Part shown: piece after piece, positions 1-9,588 of the stretch | Layout: each line of letters begins with the position of its first letter | How positions within the stretch are numbered: the first letter of the stretch is position 1 | Sequence record: OK018184 | DNA from: Shigella phage CT01 | Direction: 5' to 3' (one strand) | DNA length: 64,000 nucleotides | Translations under genes and position numbers: made by a program | The notes under the pieces: generated by a model | What the model was told of the DNA's origin: nothing | What the model saw: only the letters and a program-made list of their open reading frames with translations | Database searches by the model: none

Positions 1-6
1 GCGTCA

Positions 7-96
7 TCAAAAGCCTTCCGAGGTATAATTACCGCTTGAATACAATTTAACAATTTCAGCTTGTTCGTTTTTGGTCAGGCATTTAATATTGTACAT
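7..96 (-). pseudogene. rIIB: rIIB 5' end at window edge: 25 codons matching T4 rIIB N-terminus, then 4 divergent codons and tandem stops
   Basis: Reverse-strand translation MYNIKCLTKNEQAEIVKLYSSGNYT-SEGF-TGA-TGA; ATG at 94..96 follows the rIIA stop with an AAGGA SD; rest lies outside the window. Confidence 0.45.
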
Positions 97-107
97 AATT
101 TTCCTTA

Positions 108-2285
108 TTAGGCCGCAAGGGCCTTCATAGTTTTAGCGATTTGGGAAACTTCATCATCACTTAAAGAATTGCGATAACCGATGAAGTCGGAAACAATACG
201 GAATTTCTTGGTAAACTCAGCAACCATTTTATCACTGTTTTTTGAAGCATTATTTGATAATACATCAAAAAGATTAGTTACTGTCCAGATGTCATGACCG
301 ATGGTATCTTTTCCACCGTTGAAATATACACCCTGTAATGAACTAACCATATTAGCGAGTCGTGTATATTCTTCAGAAACTTCATCTACACTGAAGTACT
401 TCATCATAAAATCTAACTCAGGATACTTGATAATTTTATCAATATATCGTTTAGCTGAACTTGAATAACCTACATACTTATCATAATCTACATCATCAAA
501 AGCATCTACATATAAATCACGCAGAGTTTCAAAAATACATTGACACTGACCGAGTTCTTTTACCTTTTTCTGTAAAAGCGGACGAATAACATAAAATTCA
601 TTAATGCCAATAAGATTAGCCATACGAATCAAAATATTCGTAGATGGATGACAAAGCGATGTAGTACCATCCATAGAGAAAATATCAGAACGATGCATGT
701 ATGCTACATAACCAGTAATTTCATCTGCTTCTGACGTAAGTGTAAACAATTCCTCTTTTTCCCAGCGCCCGTCTTTAATTTCAAACTTAAATGCAGTAGC
801 AGCTTTAGGACGAGGAGCTGTACTTTTTACTGCCTTTGGAATATAACTTTTAACTAAAGCCTCAATTTCTGACAAATAATGAATGTTAACTTCATCACTT
901 TCAAACATTGTCATAATATCAGGAAGCAAATCAATCTGTGATTCTACTTCCGGATTAATAAACAAAAGGCGTTCATTGTGATGAATATTTAAGGTGTTAT
1001 TAAATTCGCTATCATCTAATGCACGTGCTAATCCACGAACAATATTAACACGATTTTTAATATTATCAATAACAATATTAATTTTTGTCGTATTAATACC
1101 AAACAGACGATAACTTGATGCAACGGCTGAAGTTTCATGACTTTGCTTAATGCGTTTTAGTCGAGGGTCAAGATTTACTTCATACACAACCCCTGCATTG
1201 CATAACTTACTGTCAGGTTCAAACATGCTCTGCATCTTTTTATATGACAGATTTTTAGTCGTGAATTTGACTGAATTGCTAATCATATAATCTCGAGCAG
1301 AATATCCCATCTTCATCAATTCACGGTATGTATGACGAGGAGATGTAGATTCTTTAAATCGTTTTACATCTTCATTAAATGCCTGCTCACTGAGCTCTTT
1401 AACACGCTCAATAATATTTTTACGAGTACGATCATCTAATGAAAGAGCCTCACGCGATGGGGCAATATCAAGTGAACCCATTGGAAACTTAATGTAATTC
1501 ACTTCATTGCGGATGCTTAACCAGTTACGGTCTCTAATAACACCATCAATAGGATAAACAATACCACCGTAGATAGCATACAATCCACCACGATCTGGCC
1601 AATATCTTTCTGGATTTACGCCGTAATAGTCATCAAAATCCGGAAAATAATCAATTTCGCGGTCAAGACCATTAATGATAGCCAAATCTTTGAATGGTCG
1701 CATAATATAAGAAACTTCATAAGCAAAGTTTCTAAAGTCTTTTTCTTCAACTGGAACTACGATTTCAATACCAGTTTTATCGTTTGGACCCATTTCTTTT
1801 ACGAATGTAGGTTTAATCTGTGGACCATCACCATCCATGTAAGCTACATAACCACGAATTTCACCTTTATGATATGAAGTAATACTAAATGTATCAGTAT
1901 AACTAAACGGAGATTTAGAACCTAAACCAAATCCGCCAATGAAATCGTTAGATTCAGCCTTAGATGAACTAAAGTATGAATTATATAACCCAGGAGAATT
2001 ATCATCACCCTGAATATCAAAATCGCTCATACCTGGACCAAAATCTCGGCAAACAAATCGCGGATCTAATCGTCCTGGAACTTGAATGATAAATTTTTCA
2101 GGATTTCCATTAAGAGCATGGGCATCAATCATGTTGGTAATCAATTCACGAACCACTGCGCGAATCTTGTTTGTATACAAATCAGATGACAGAATTTTAA
2201 ATACTTTAGGAGACGCTGTGATGCTAAATGCTTTTGATTTAGAACCATTACCAAGAATTGTTTCTTTTTCAGTGGTGATAATCAT
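108..2285 (-). CDS. rIIA: rIIA protein (N-terminal GHKL-type ATPase-like region)
   Basis: 725-aa ORF, length and sequence as recalled for T4 rIIA; motif [12 protein letters not shown]. Confidence 0.9.
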   Translation of the reverse strand: MIITTEKETILGNGSKSKAFSITASPKVFKILSSDLYTNKIRAVVRELITNMIDAHALNGNPEKFIIQVPGRLDPRFVCRDFGPGMSDFDIQGDDNSPGLYNSYFSSSKAESNDFIGGFGLGSKSPFSYTDTFSITSYHKGEIRGYVAYMDGDGPQIKPTFVKEMGPNDKTGIEIVVPVEEKDFRNFAYEVSYIMRPFKDLAIINGLDREIDYFPDFDDYYGVNPERYWPDRGGLYAIYGGIVYPIDGVIRDRNWLSIRNEVNYIKFPMGSLDIAPSREALSLDDRTRKNIIERVKELSEQAFNEDVKRFKESTSPRHTYRELMKMGYSARDYMISNSVKFTTKNLSYKKMQSMFEPDSKLCNAGVVYEVNLDPRLKRIKQSHETSAVASSYRLFGINTTKINIVIDNIKNRVNIVRGLARALDDSEFNNTLNIHHNERLLFINPEVESQIDLLPDIMTMFESDEVNIHYLSEIEALVKSYIPKAVKSTAPRPKAATAFKFEIKDGRWEKEELFTLTSEADEITGYVAYMHRSDIFSMDGTTSLCHPSTNILIRMANLIGINEFYVIRPLLQKKVKELGQCQCIFETLRDLYVDAFDDVDYDKYVGYSSSAKRYIDKIIKYPELDFMMKYFSVDEVSEEYTRLANMVSSLQGVYFNGGKDTIGHDIWTVTNLFDVLSNNASKNSDKMVAEFTKKFRIVSDFIGYRNSLSDDEVSQIAKTMKALAA

Positions 2286-2295
2286 AATTTCCTCA

Positions 2296-2499
2296 TTAAT
2301 TCATATTGCGTTTAATAACTTCAGCAACTTCTAGTAGTTCATCTTTAGTTGCGGTGTCGGATTGAATTTTATCTCTAATATCCTTAAAGCGGTTTTTAAA
2401 CTCTTCGGCTTCTCCCATATCGAAAAAGCGTTGAATGATTCTATATTCTCGATGAACTGCTTTATCAAAAAGTTCTAAATTTACTTTATATGATTTCAT
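2296..2499 (-). CDS. rIIA.1: small early protein downstream of topoisomerase gene (rIIA.1 position)
   Basis: 67-aa ORF, 11 nt upstream of rIIA start, conserved position. Confidence 0.6.
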   Translation of the reverse strand: MKSYKVNLELFDKAVHREYRIIQRFFDMGEAEEFKNRFKDIRDKIQSDTATKDELLEVAEVIKRNMN

Positions 2500-2519
2500 T
2501 TCAATATCCTCATTTGCCC

Positions 2520-2556
2520 AATTAATTATACCACATCCTTGTGGTAAAGTAAACTA
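2520..2556 (-). promoter_or_regulatory. T4-type early promoter (minus strand)
   Basis: Reverse strand reads GTTTAC-18 nt-TATAAT (plus-strand gtaaac 2549..2554, attata 2525..2530). Confidence 0.6.
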
Positions 2557-3135
2557 CTGGCTCATCCATTCTTTACGAAGGTCAGCATTATCTCCCATGA
2601 GCATTTCAAAAAGCTCTTTCCAGTTCTCAGGAAGTTTAACAACATCATATACTGGGTTTTGAATCATCTCACGATATTCAGATTTTTCCAAAGAGCCAAG
2701 TCCTTTAATATAACGGATGCTATGTTTAGGTAGAGCATCTTTGGCACTCTCATATTCAGCGACTGTATAAAACCATTCTTGTTTTTTACCGACCTGAGCG
2801 ATGATTACAGGAGTTTTGACAAAGCGAATTCTTCCTTGTTCAAACAGTTCTGGCCAATTACTAAAAAATCCGAGCAGAGAAGGATAAATGCTTCCTAGAC
2901 CATCATGGTCAGCATCAGTCATAATAGCAATATTATGATAATTCAAGTTTTCAGCTTTTTCACCGAGAACTAATCCAGTGATTGCGCAAATATCAAACAG
3001 TTCTTTGTTTTTAAGCATGTCAGCATATGACATGCCCCAACTGTTGAGAACTTTACCACGTAATGGATAACCACCGTGAAGTTCTTTATCACGAACATCA
3101 ATAAGATATCCGATAGCCGAATCACCCTCAGTCAA
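2554..3135 (-). CDS. 60: DNA topoisomerase II large subunit, C-terminal fragment (T4 gp60-equivalent region), separated from the N-terminal part by the insertion
   Basis: 193-aa ORF with ...IMTDADHDGLGSIYPSLLGFFSNWPELFEQGRIRFVKTPVIIAQVGKK... matching T4 gp60; DHDG codons are contiguous (no 50-nt bypass gap); begins at an internal Met inside repeat copy 1. Confidence 0.75.
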   Translation of the reverse strand: MTEGDSAIGYLIDVRDKELHGGYPLRGKVLNSWGMSYADMLKNKELFDICAITGLVLGEKAENLNYHNIAIMTDADHDGLGSIYPSLLGFFSNWPELFEQGRIRFVKTPVIIAQVGKKQEWFYTVAEYESAKDALPKHSIRYIKGLGSLEKSEYREMIQNPVYDVVKLPENWKELFEMLMGDNADLRKEWMSQ

Positions 3136-3227
3136 GAAAAGAGTAGTATCAGCATCTTTACCACAAAGATTCGCTTTAATATGTTTATGAACCTTAGCTT
3201 TAGAAGCCTTTTTAGCTGCTTTAGTTT
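2856..3227. repeat. direct repeat copy 1 (372 bp, identical to 3901..4272) within the topoisomerase large-subunit coding sequence
   Basis: Exact identity read from sequence; both copies encode TEGDSAIGYLIDVRD...SLLGFFSN. Confidence 0.9.
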
Positions 3228-3281
3228 ATGACTGCATTTTATGCCGCTAATTTATGAGCTGCAGTTGTTCGATGTGGTGGT

Positions 3282-3380
3282 TTCTTCAATCTGAAAGCCG
3301 AGGTCTGAAAGTTTTTGCTGGAAGCGAGCGATGGAATCTTCCAGAGCGGCATCTTTGCCGGGGATAAATGTTTGCGTCAT
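3282..3380 (-). pseudogene. ycaO: 5' fragment (33 codons) of a ycaO-like gene
   Basis: Encodes MTQTFIPGKDAALEDSIARFQQKLSDLGFQIEE, which I recall as the E. coli YcaO N-terminus; truncated at the PstI junction. Confidence 0.7.
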
Positions 3381-3509
3381 GAAAATCACTTTAGTCGTAC
3401 GGAAAGCGCGCAATAATACGGGTTTTATCTCAAAGGCGCTATCACCGCCGCCATGCCGATGAACTGTTGACTATGCTTTTAGCGGATAAACCACGTTAAG
3501 AGCATAAAA

Positions 3510-3786
3510 ATGAAGGCGTTCGATCTCCACCGTATGGCATTTGATAAAGTGCCTTTTGATTTCCTTGGCGAAGTTGCACTACGTAGTCTTTATACCTTTG
3601 TACTGGTTTTTTGTTCCTCAAAATGACCGGAAGACGCGGTGTGCGACAGATGTCGCTGTTTGAAGTGTTAATCATTCTCACGCTGGGTTCAGCGGCGGGA
3701 GATGTGGCGTTTTATGATGATGTGCCGATGGTGCCGGTACTTATCGTCTTTATCACTCTGGCGTTGTTATACCGCCTGGTAATATG
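3510..3786 (+). pseudogene. ycaP: 5' fragment of a ycaP-like (DUF421 membrane protein) gene, divergent from ycaO', with a frameshift
   Basis: Encodes MKAFDLHRMAFDKVPFDFLGEVALRSLYTFVLVF then, after a 1-nt frame change, MSLFEVLIILTLGSAAGDVAFYDDVPMVPVLIVFITLALLYRLV; divergent arrangement with ycaO as in E. coli (recalled). Confidence 0.55.
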
Positions 3787-3871
3787 ATGGCGAGCTGGCC
3801 TGGTCGAAACTCAATAACTCCAACATGACGGAATTTGAGTTCTTTATGGAGCTACTAGTTGAATGGACTAT

Positions 3872-5419
3872 TCAGCAATGCACATTAATTGATTTTAAAA
3901 AATTACTAAAAAATCCGAGCAGAGAAGGATAAATGCTTCCTAGACCATCATGGTCAGCATCAGTCATAATAGCAATATTATGATAATTCAAGTTTTCAGC
4001 TTTTTCACCGAGAACTAATCCAGTGATTGCGCAAATATCAAACAGTTCTTTGTTTTTAAGCATGTCAGCATATGACATGCCCCAACTGTTGAGAACTTTA
4101 CCACGTAATGGATAACCACCGTGAAGTTCTTTATCACGAACATCAATAAGATATCCGATAGCCGAATCACCCTCAGTCAAGAAAAGAGTAGTATCAGCAT
4201 CTTTACCACAAAGATTCGCTTTAATATGTTTATGAACCTTAGCTTTAGAAGCCTTTTTAGCTGCTTTAGTTTCTGCTGCTTTTTCTGCCGCTAATTTACG
4301 AGCCAAAGCAGCTTCAATAATCGGCATTAGAATTGCTTCATTATTTAGAATAGCACGTGAAATCTTTTTAGCATCAAGTTGAATATGACTACGGATTTCA
4401 CCAAATGGAGAAGTCAAACGCTCTTTAGTTTGAGAATCAAATCGCATGTTTTTCATATCACGGACAAACATAACGATAGTCAAACATTCTTTAACGCGTG
4501 CTTTAGTCACATCAATTTTGAACTTACGTTTGATTTGTGGAATAAGGTCTTCACAAATATCATCCATAACACAGTCAATGTGATGGCCACCATTCTTAGT
4601 GTGAATGTTATTCACATAAGTTAATTGACGAAAACCATCCGGTGAACGACCAACCGCAATAGAGCAATTTTCTTGTTCTTGAACGATAGCATGCTCATCA
4701 TATTGGCGTGCATATTTCTTAAAATTACCCTGAACCTTTTTACCATTAAAGGTAAATTGAATATCAGGATAAACTACTGCAAGTGTCTGGAGACGATCTA
4801 GTGTAATGTCAAGATAAACTTGAGATAGCTCATTAGTTTCAAATGACATAAAATCAGGAATGAAAGTAACGCGAGTTCCTTTCCATTTTCCAGGAATATC
4901 TTCCCATGATTTATTTTCCATGCCGTTTGAACAACGAACCACAATATTATTTTGACCGTCGCCAGTTTCACCGACAAACATCACAGAAAAAATGTTAGTT
5001 AAACTAGAACCAACACCGTTCATACCGCCAGTGACGCGTTCTTTATCATCACCAAAGTTACCACCTGCTTTTGGAATAGTCCATGCAGCAACTGGACCAG
5101 GAATTTCTTCACCAGTAGGTGTTTTAACCATCGCCTGTGGAATACCACGACCGTTATCTTCAACTGTTACTTGATTGTTTTTGATAGTAACATTAATTTT
5201 ATTTGCGAATTTAAACTTAGTACGAATACCTTCATCTACCGAGTTATCGATAATTTCATCAATAAGCTTAACAAGACCAGGTACATACTGAACACTTTCC
5301 CATTTACCAAACAGAAAGCGCTCATGCATTTCATTAGCTGAAGAGCCAATGTACATGCCGCTACGCTTTTTGATATGTTCAATATCGCTCAGAATTTTAA
5401 TTTCATTCTTAATCATCAC
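3872..5419 (-). CDS. 39: DNA topoisomerase II large subunit (gp39), N-terminal 515-aa product truncated by the insertion (ends ...SLLGFFSN-FLKSINVHC)
   Basis: GyrB-like ATPase and TOPRIM sequence; the last 8 codons are read from junction sequence. Confidence 0.85.
   Translation of the reverse strand: MMIKNEIKILSDIEHIKKRSGMYIGSSANEMHERFLFGKWESVQYVPGLVKLIDEIIDNSVDEGIRTKFKFANKINVTIKNNQVTVEDNGRGIPQAMVKTPTGEEIPGPVAAWTIPKAGGNFGDDKERVTGGMNGVGSSLTNIFSVMFVGETGDGQNNIVVRCSNGMENKSWEDIPGKWKGTRVTFIPDFMSFETNELSQVYLDITLDRLQTLAVVYPDIQFTFNGKKVQGNFKKYARQYDEHAIVQEQENCSIAVGRSPDGFRQLTYVNNIHTKNGGHHIDCVMDDICEDLIPQIKRKFKIDVTKARVKECLTIVMFVRDMKNMRFDSQTKERLTSPFGEIRSHIQLDAKKISRAILNNEAILMPIIEAALARKLAAEKAAETKAAKKASKAKVHKHIKANLCGKDADTTLFLTEGDSAIGYLIDVRDKELHGGYPLRGKVLNSWGMSYADMLKNKELFDICAITGLVLGEKAENLNYHNIAIMTDADHDGLGSIYPSLLGFFSNFLKSINVHC
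3901..4272. repeat. direct repeat copy 2 (372 bp, identical to 2856..3227)
   Basis: Exact identity read from sequence. Confidence 0.9.
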
Positions 5420-5468
5420 TTATCCTCGTTTGGTTTCGGGAATATTATACTCCGGTAATCATAAAGCT

Positions 5469-5486
5469 AAAGGCCCGAAGGCCTTT
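5469..5486 (-). terminator. UUCG-tetraloop hairpin (aaaggcccgaaggccttt)
   Basis: Perfect inverted repeat; on the minus-strand RNA the loop is UUCG, the stable hairpin type common in T4 intergenic regions. Confidence 0.4.
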
Positions 5487-5746
5487 TATTTAAAACGGAT
5501 AGTCGAATCCTTGAAGAATAGACCAGAACATACTGTTCCTTCTACTTTCTGCCCAGTAGGTCCAATAGCACGAAATCCAGTATGCTGGAAATCATTTTCA
5601 GAGCAACCGAACCAATTATATCCAGTGATTTCAATATTAGTAAAACCACTTGAAGACAAAACTTTAGTTGCATTATCAGCATCAGTACATCCTACTAAAG
5701 ACACTGCTAATACTAATGCTGCGATAGAACGATTAATATATTTCAT
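5486..5746 (-). CDS. small predicted lipoprotein
   Basis: 86 aa; signal peptide with lipobox LVGC (MKYINRSIAALVLAVSLVGC). Confidence 0.6.
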   Translation of the reverse strand: MKYINRSIAALVLAVSLVGCTDADNATKVLSSSGFTNIEITGYNWFGCSENDFQHTGFRAIGPTGQKVEGTVCSGLFFKDSTIRFK

Positions 5747-5927
5747 AATTACCCTTTAAGCAAGTCGTAAAATCCACCATTCACATGCTTAGGAGCGGAA
5801 ACTAACCGAATAGCAATCCGATGACAATCAGGACATACATCAGTATCCCTTTCAGAAATTTTCTTGATTTTTTCGTATTCTTTTGCACAGTCTTTGGATT
5901 GACATTTATAATCATAAAGAGGCATAA

Positions 5928-6347
5928 TTATTCCTTAAAGTGAGCTTTCAACATCTGATACAAGGACCATGCTTGTTCATTATTTTCAATAGTAACTTTC
6001 ATTACCGGGAATTCTGTGAAATCTTCTATTTGTTCTTGCTCTTCCTGCTCTTGTTCTTCAGCAGCCTGATATGGATTTTCAACTTCATCAAAGAACCCAG
6101 CTTCGTTAGTAGAAAGCCAGATAAAGTTTTCGCCAAGGATATCACCATATGTTGAATATCCAACTGTGCCAGTAGATGTCACAATTTTAGTAGGACGCCC
6201 GTAATAGTCAACATCTAAAATTTTAAAAGGTTCCATACCTAAACGGCGTGCATAGATTCCGTTATAAGTATGGTCTTTAATAAAAGCTTCTTGGGCTTGT
6301 TTATTTTTAAATTGATACCATTTATTAACTTCAAATTTAATAGCCAT
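5928..6347 (-). CDS. acidic early protein (possibly goF-like)
   Basis: 139-aa ORF with acidic [10 protein letters not shown] stretch; position between gene 39 and motB/dexA. Confidence 0.5.
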   Translation of the reverse strand: MAIKFEVNKWYQFKNKQAQEAFIKDHTYNGIYARRLGMEPFKILDVDYYGRPTKIVTSTGTVGYSTYGDILGENFIWLSTNEAGFFDEVENPYQAAEEQEQEEQEQIEDFTEFPVMKVTIENNEQAWSLYQMLKAHFKE

Positions 6348-6562
6348 TAATAAATTTCCTTCCAGTAAGTTGTGCCGTCTTCAGTAATTTCACGAAATAC
6401 ACCGTAAATTGGCTGTTTATCACCAACCTTTTCATAAACATAAACCGAAGTCAAGTGAGTAAACTTGCTAGTATGTTCCTTTTGAACTACTACCAAATTT
6501 GGATCAAATAATACATCTTCAAATTCATCATTAGTGCAATTCTGAACAATTTTACGTTTCAT
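6347..6562 (-). CDS. hypothetical early protein (cef position)
   Basis: 71-aa ORF, stop/start overlap with upstream gene. Confidence 0.45.
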   Translation of the reverse strand: MKRKIVQNCTNDEFEDVLFDPNLVVVQKEHTSKFTHLTSVYVYEKVGDKQPIYGVFREITEDGTTYWKEIY

Positions 6563-6734
6563 TACAATTTCCTCATTAATTGAACATTGGAGCGGTGCGT
6601 TTCAGAAGAGTATCAGCACCTTTAACGAATTATCCATTTTATTCTTCAAGTTGTTTTCTGTATCAGTAGTTGATATTGATATAGTACCATAATCAACTAC
6701 TGATGTATATAGTTTTATGAAAAAATTTTAAACT

Positions 6735-7226
6735 TTATGCATAGCGAGCTTTGCTGTAGTGTTTAATCCAACTTTCAGGAATGACTTTGTATGTTCCTAA
6801 AAATACCGCGTTGTATAACTTAACGCCATCTTCTACCCATTGATCAGTAATGTATGCACACATAGCGCGAGTACGCTGAGGAAGTGGTTGTCCACCTTCG
6901 GTAAATTCAAACTCATAAGGAGCAATGAACTTAATAGCCTGACCGAGTTTCCACTTAAAGTCTACACCTACATGTGAAGTATCAATCGTTTCAATTCCTT
7001 TAGCAGGAACAGCTTTCAAAAACGCAGATTCAAGAAATTTCGCACGAACATAGCCAAACTGAGGTTTAGACTTTCCATCCTTAGGAATGATACGCACTTT
7101 TACTTCAGAATCTTCATCTTTAACGCCATGTTTAAGCTGAATGCTTACAATTTCAACCAATTTTCCTGTTGCTTTAGAACGGGATTTATCAGATACACGA
7201 GCAATTTCACCAATATTAATAATCAT
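6735..7226 (-). CDS. hypothetical early protein, paralog of 7302..7841
   Basis: 163 aa; shares motif ITDQWVEDGVKLYNAV with the neighbouring ORF (VTDQWIEDGVELLNVV). Confidence 0.55.
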   Translation of the reverse strand: MIINIGEIARVSDKSRSKATGKLVEIVSIQLKHGVKDEDSEVKVRIIPKDGKSKPQFGYVRAKFLESAFLKAVPAKGIETIDTSHVGVDFKWKLGQAIKFIAPYEFEFTEGGQPLPQRTRAMCAYITDQWVEDGVKLYNAVFLGTYKVIPESWIKHYSKARYA

Positions 7227-7265
7227 AGTTATCTCTCACTTGTTAAAAAGATTTTTACTCCACGG

Positions 7266-7302
7266 GACCATTATACTCTGGTCCCAAGAGTTTGTAAACT
7301 AT
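7266..7302 (-). promoter_or_regulatory. T4-type early promoter
   Basis: Reverse strand GTTTAC ... TATAAT (gtaaac 7294..7299, attata 7270..7275). Confidence 0.55.
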
Positions 7303-7841
7303 TAATTCAAAATAGCTACCACTGCACTACGAGGTACTACGCTAAAATCACCTGCATGAACAACGTTCAGAAGTTCAACACCATCTTCAATCCATTGGTC
7401 TGTTACCCAACCACAGACCGAAATAAATGGGGTCTTGATAGCTACTGCACGAGTCAAAAGGTCAGTAGGATCGCATTCTTGAAAGAGGATAAGCTCTGCT
7501 TCAAAAACTATAGTTTTAATTACTTCATCATTATCTAAACGGTGCACTCGAATCACGTAAGCTTTATTCTTATCATGCCAATTACTTTTTGAAAAACTTT
7601 TAACCACAAACTCGCCTTCACCAAAAACACTAGTCAATGCTTTATAACCCAAACTTAGCTCAGTAGTTTTAATTTCAGTTTCAACCAGTTTGTAGGTTTT
7701 GCCGATTTCAATAGCGGTAGTCATAGTAGGTTCCTTAATTTCCAGTGGTTTAACAGGGCATACATAAGTGCTTACAACATCAAAATCAATCAATTTAGCT
7801 ACCGGATTTGGTGTGTATTCAGGATTATAATTAAATTTCAT
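7302..7841 (-). CDS. hypothetical early protein, paralog of 6735..7226
   Basis: 179-aa ORF; shared C-terminal motif. Confidence 0.55.
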   Translation of the reverse strand: MKFNYNPEYTPNPVAKLIDFDVVSTYVCPVKPLEIKEPTMTTAIEIGKTYKLVETEIKTTELSLGYKALTSVFGEGEFVVKSFSKSNWHDKNKAYVIRVHRLDNDEVIKTIVFEAELILFQECDPTDLLTRAVAIKTPFISVCGWVTDQWIEDGVELLNVVHAGDFSVVPRSAVVAILN

Positions 7842-7842
7842 A

Positions 7843-8340
7843 TTATCTCATTTCAATAAAATCTACGAGTTCAGCATGTGATTTGCGGAACATTACTTGG
7901 TGCCCGCCAATGATAACTTGGTCATCTGGCACTTCGTATACAGCAAGATAAAATCCTTTAGAAGATAATTCTTCCCGCTCTTCTCGTGTGAACCATCTCA
8001 TCATATCATATTCGCTAGCAAAAGCAAAATGATAAAGAGCTATAAACCATCCTGGAATATGATATTCTACTCCAACATAATCTTTCTTGAACTTAGTATT
8101 AATTACTATATTAGCGTTTTTAACTAATAGTTTATCTTCGTGTGGTAAAGGAATTCTTTTATTATCGCTATGATGCATAAAATTAGGTCTATCATAACCT
8201 ACGTGTAATAACCACTCTTCGCTCCATGAATCTATTATACTCCTGTACGGCGTTATTTGAACACAAAGATTTCGACGTATTGTTATAGCATCTTCATAAT
8301 CAAGAATACTAAACGATGATTCAACACGATAAATTTTCAT
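7843..8340 (-). CDS. hypothetical early protein
   Basis: ORF 7843..8379 in the track; ATG at 8338..8340 (MKIYRV) is preferred because the promoter -10 overlaps the longer start. Confidence 0.5.
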   Translation of the reverse strand: MKIYRVESSFSILDYEDAITIRRNLCVQITPYRSIIDSWSEEWLLHVGYDRPNFMHHSDNKRIPLPHEDKLLVKNANIVINTKFKKDYVGVEYHIPGWFIALYHFAFASEYDMMRWFTREEREELSSKGFYLAVYEVPDDQVIIGGHQVMFRKSHAELVDFIEMR

Positions 8341-8363
8341 TTTATTATCCTCAGTAGCTATGG

Positions 8364-8400
8364 TGTTATAATACCACAACTAACCGAGGAAGTAAACAAC
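8364..8400 (-). promoter_or_regulatory. T4-type early promoter
   Basis: Reverse strand GTTTAC ... TATTAT (gtaaac 8392..8397). Confidence 0.5.
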
Positions 8401-8403
8401 TTT

Positions 8404-9087
8404 TTATCGTTTTGTTGGAAGAGACAGAGGATCGCACTCTTCCTCTGACGGAGCATCTTCAAGACCCATAGCATATCGCAAAGCATACTTCATCATCAGA
8501 ATGTCTTTCGCACAGTCATGAATAGAATCATGTGCAACGAATCCATCTAAAGCTCCCTTTGGAAGAGGACATGTGGTCATATCACGAACAAGGAGAAGTG
8601 CTTCAATTCTGGTACGAATATCACGCTGATTCCAGAATTTACATGGTTCTAACTTAAATGTGTCAAGTTCATTCTCAGAAACGCCATTAAGACGTTGAAT
8701 ATCGCGAATGAGATCGACTAAAATTGGAAAATCAAACGACATTCCACGGCACCATCCTTGAGATTTCCAAGGATCGATGTTATGTGCATTGATGTAATCA
8801 TTAAATTTTACAATACCATCGATAGTGCTTACATCTTCATCTGATGGTGCAATATTTTTTCGAGCTTCAGGAGACTGATTTTTCCACCATTCGATAGTGC
8901 TTTTAGTAAAAAGACGATGTCCTTTTTGGCTTTTTAAATCAAATTTGATTTTAATGCCGCGCGAAACTAATTCATCAAACGTTTCAACTACTTCTGGATT
9001 AGGGTCAAAAGCAATTACAGCCAAATCAATAACAGCTGCTTTTTCACCACTTCCCATTGTTTCAAAATCTATAATAAAATCAAACAT
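8404..9087 (-). CDS. dexA: exonuclease A (DnaQ-like 3'-5' exonuclease)
   Basis: 227-aa ORF, length and sequence as T4 DexA; MFDFIIDFETMG N-terminus. Confidence 0.8.
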   Translation of the reverse strand: MFDFIIDFETMGSGEKAAVIDLAVIAFDPNPEVVETFDELVSRGIKIKFDLKSQKGHRLFTKSTIEWWKNQSPEARKNIAPSDEDVSTIDGIVKFNDYINAHNIDPWKSQGWCRGMSFDFPILVDLIRDIQRLNGVSENELDTFKLEPCKFWNQRDIRTRIEALLLVRDMTTCPLPKGALDGFVAHDSIHDCAKDILMMKYALRYAMGLEDAPSEEECDPLSLPTKR

Positions 9088-9344
9088 TAAATTTTCCTTG
9101 CTAAATCGCGAATTTGACCTACAGTATAGTCTTGAATATAAACTTTATTAATGGGCTCATCAATAAATTTTGCCACAGATTCAATGTCTTTTTGTATCTC
9201 TTCAAGACTGTATACTATCTTTGAAGCTTTTTCGCGAATAGTAATATTTTCAGGACCTGGATTTTCTTGAATGACATCTTTAACACTTGTCATAAGAGAT
9301 TTAAACTGCCACCAACTTAATTCAATCATTAATAATCGCCTCAT
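9087..9344 (-). CDS. hypothetical early protein
   Basis: 85-aa ORF, stop/start overlaps with neighbours. Confidence 0.45.
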   Translation of the reverse strand: MRRLLMIELSWWQFKSLMTSVKDVIQENPGPENITIREKASKIVYSLEEIQKDIESVAKFIDEPINKVYIQDYTVGQIRDLARKI

Positions 9345-9582
9345 AAAGATAGCTAATTTCGCCTAAAACGTAATCATTGATTGTAACAGTTTTCACTTCA
9401 CCGCAAAAGAATTCTAACGCAATTAAATCTCGTTCAATTTCTTCTAATTGAAGCATCAACTTACTAGATTCAATTTTTACAGTTTTACGATTTTTACCAT
9501 GAGCAATTTCATAAATTTCGCTTACTTTATCTTGAAGAAGATAAAACTGATCTTTAGTTATTTCCACGAATAGCTTCCTCAA
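9322..9582 (-). CDS. hypothetical early protein
   Basis: 86-aa ORF. Confidence 0.45.
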   Translation of the reverse strand: MRKLFVEITKDQFYLLQDKVSEIYEIAHGKNRKTVKIESSKLMLQLEEIERDLIALEFFCGEVKTVTINDYVLGEISYLYEAIIND

Positions 9583-9588
9583 ATTTAA

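Larger units (their letters stand above)
3228..3900. other. inserted segment of E. coli-like chromosomal DNA (ycaO'-intergenic-ycaP') with restriction-site junctions
   Basis: GC-rich enterobacterial-style composition in an AT-rich phage; CTGCAG at 3259..3264, ACTAGT at 3854..3859; 3228..3259 is a degenerate copy of 4273..4303 with stops in all three frames. Confidence 0.8.

Noticed and set aside
2086-2334. Plus-strand ORFs from the six-frame track that lie inside minus-strand genes (for example 2086..2334, 4379..4624, 4992..5174, 10297..10521, 19774..20004, 26189..26533, 30368..30784, 32759..33163, 61045..61638)
   Set aside because: They are antisense shadows of confidently identified minus-strand genes and have no RBS or promoter context.
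3496-3681. Minus-strand 61-aa ORF inside the E. coli-like insert
   Set aside because: It is antisense to the ycaP-like reading frame and lies in the ycaO-ycaP intergenic sequence; most likely spurious.
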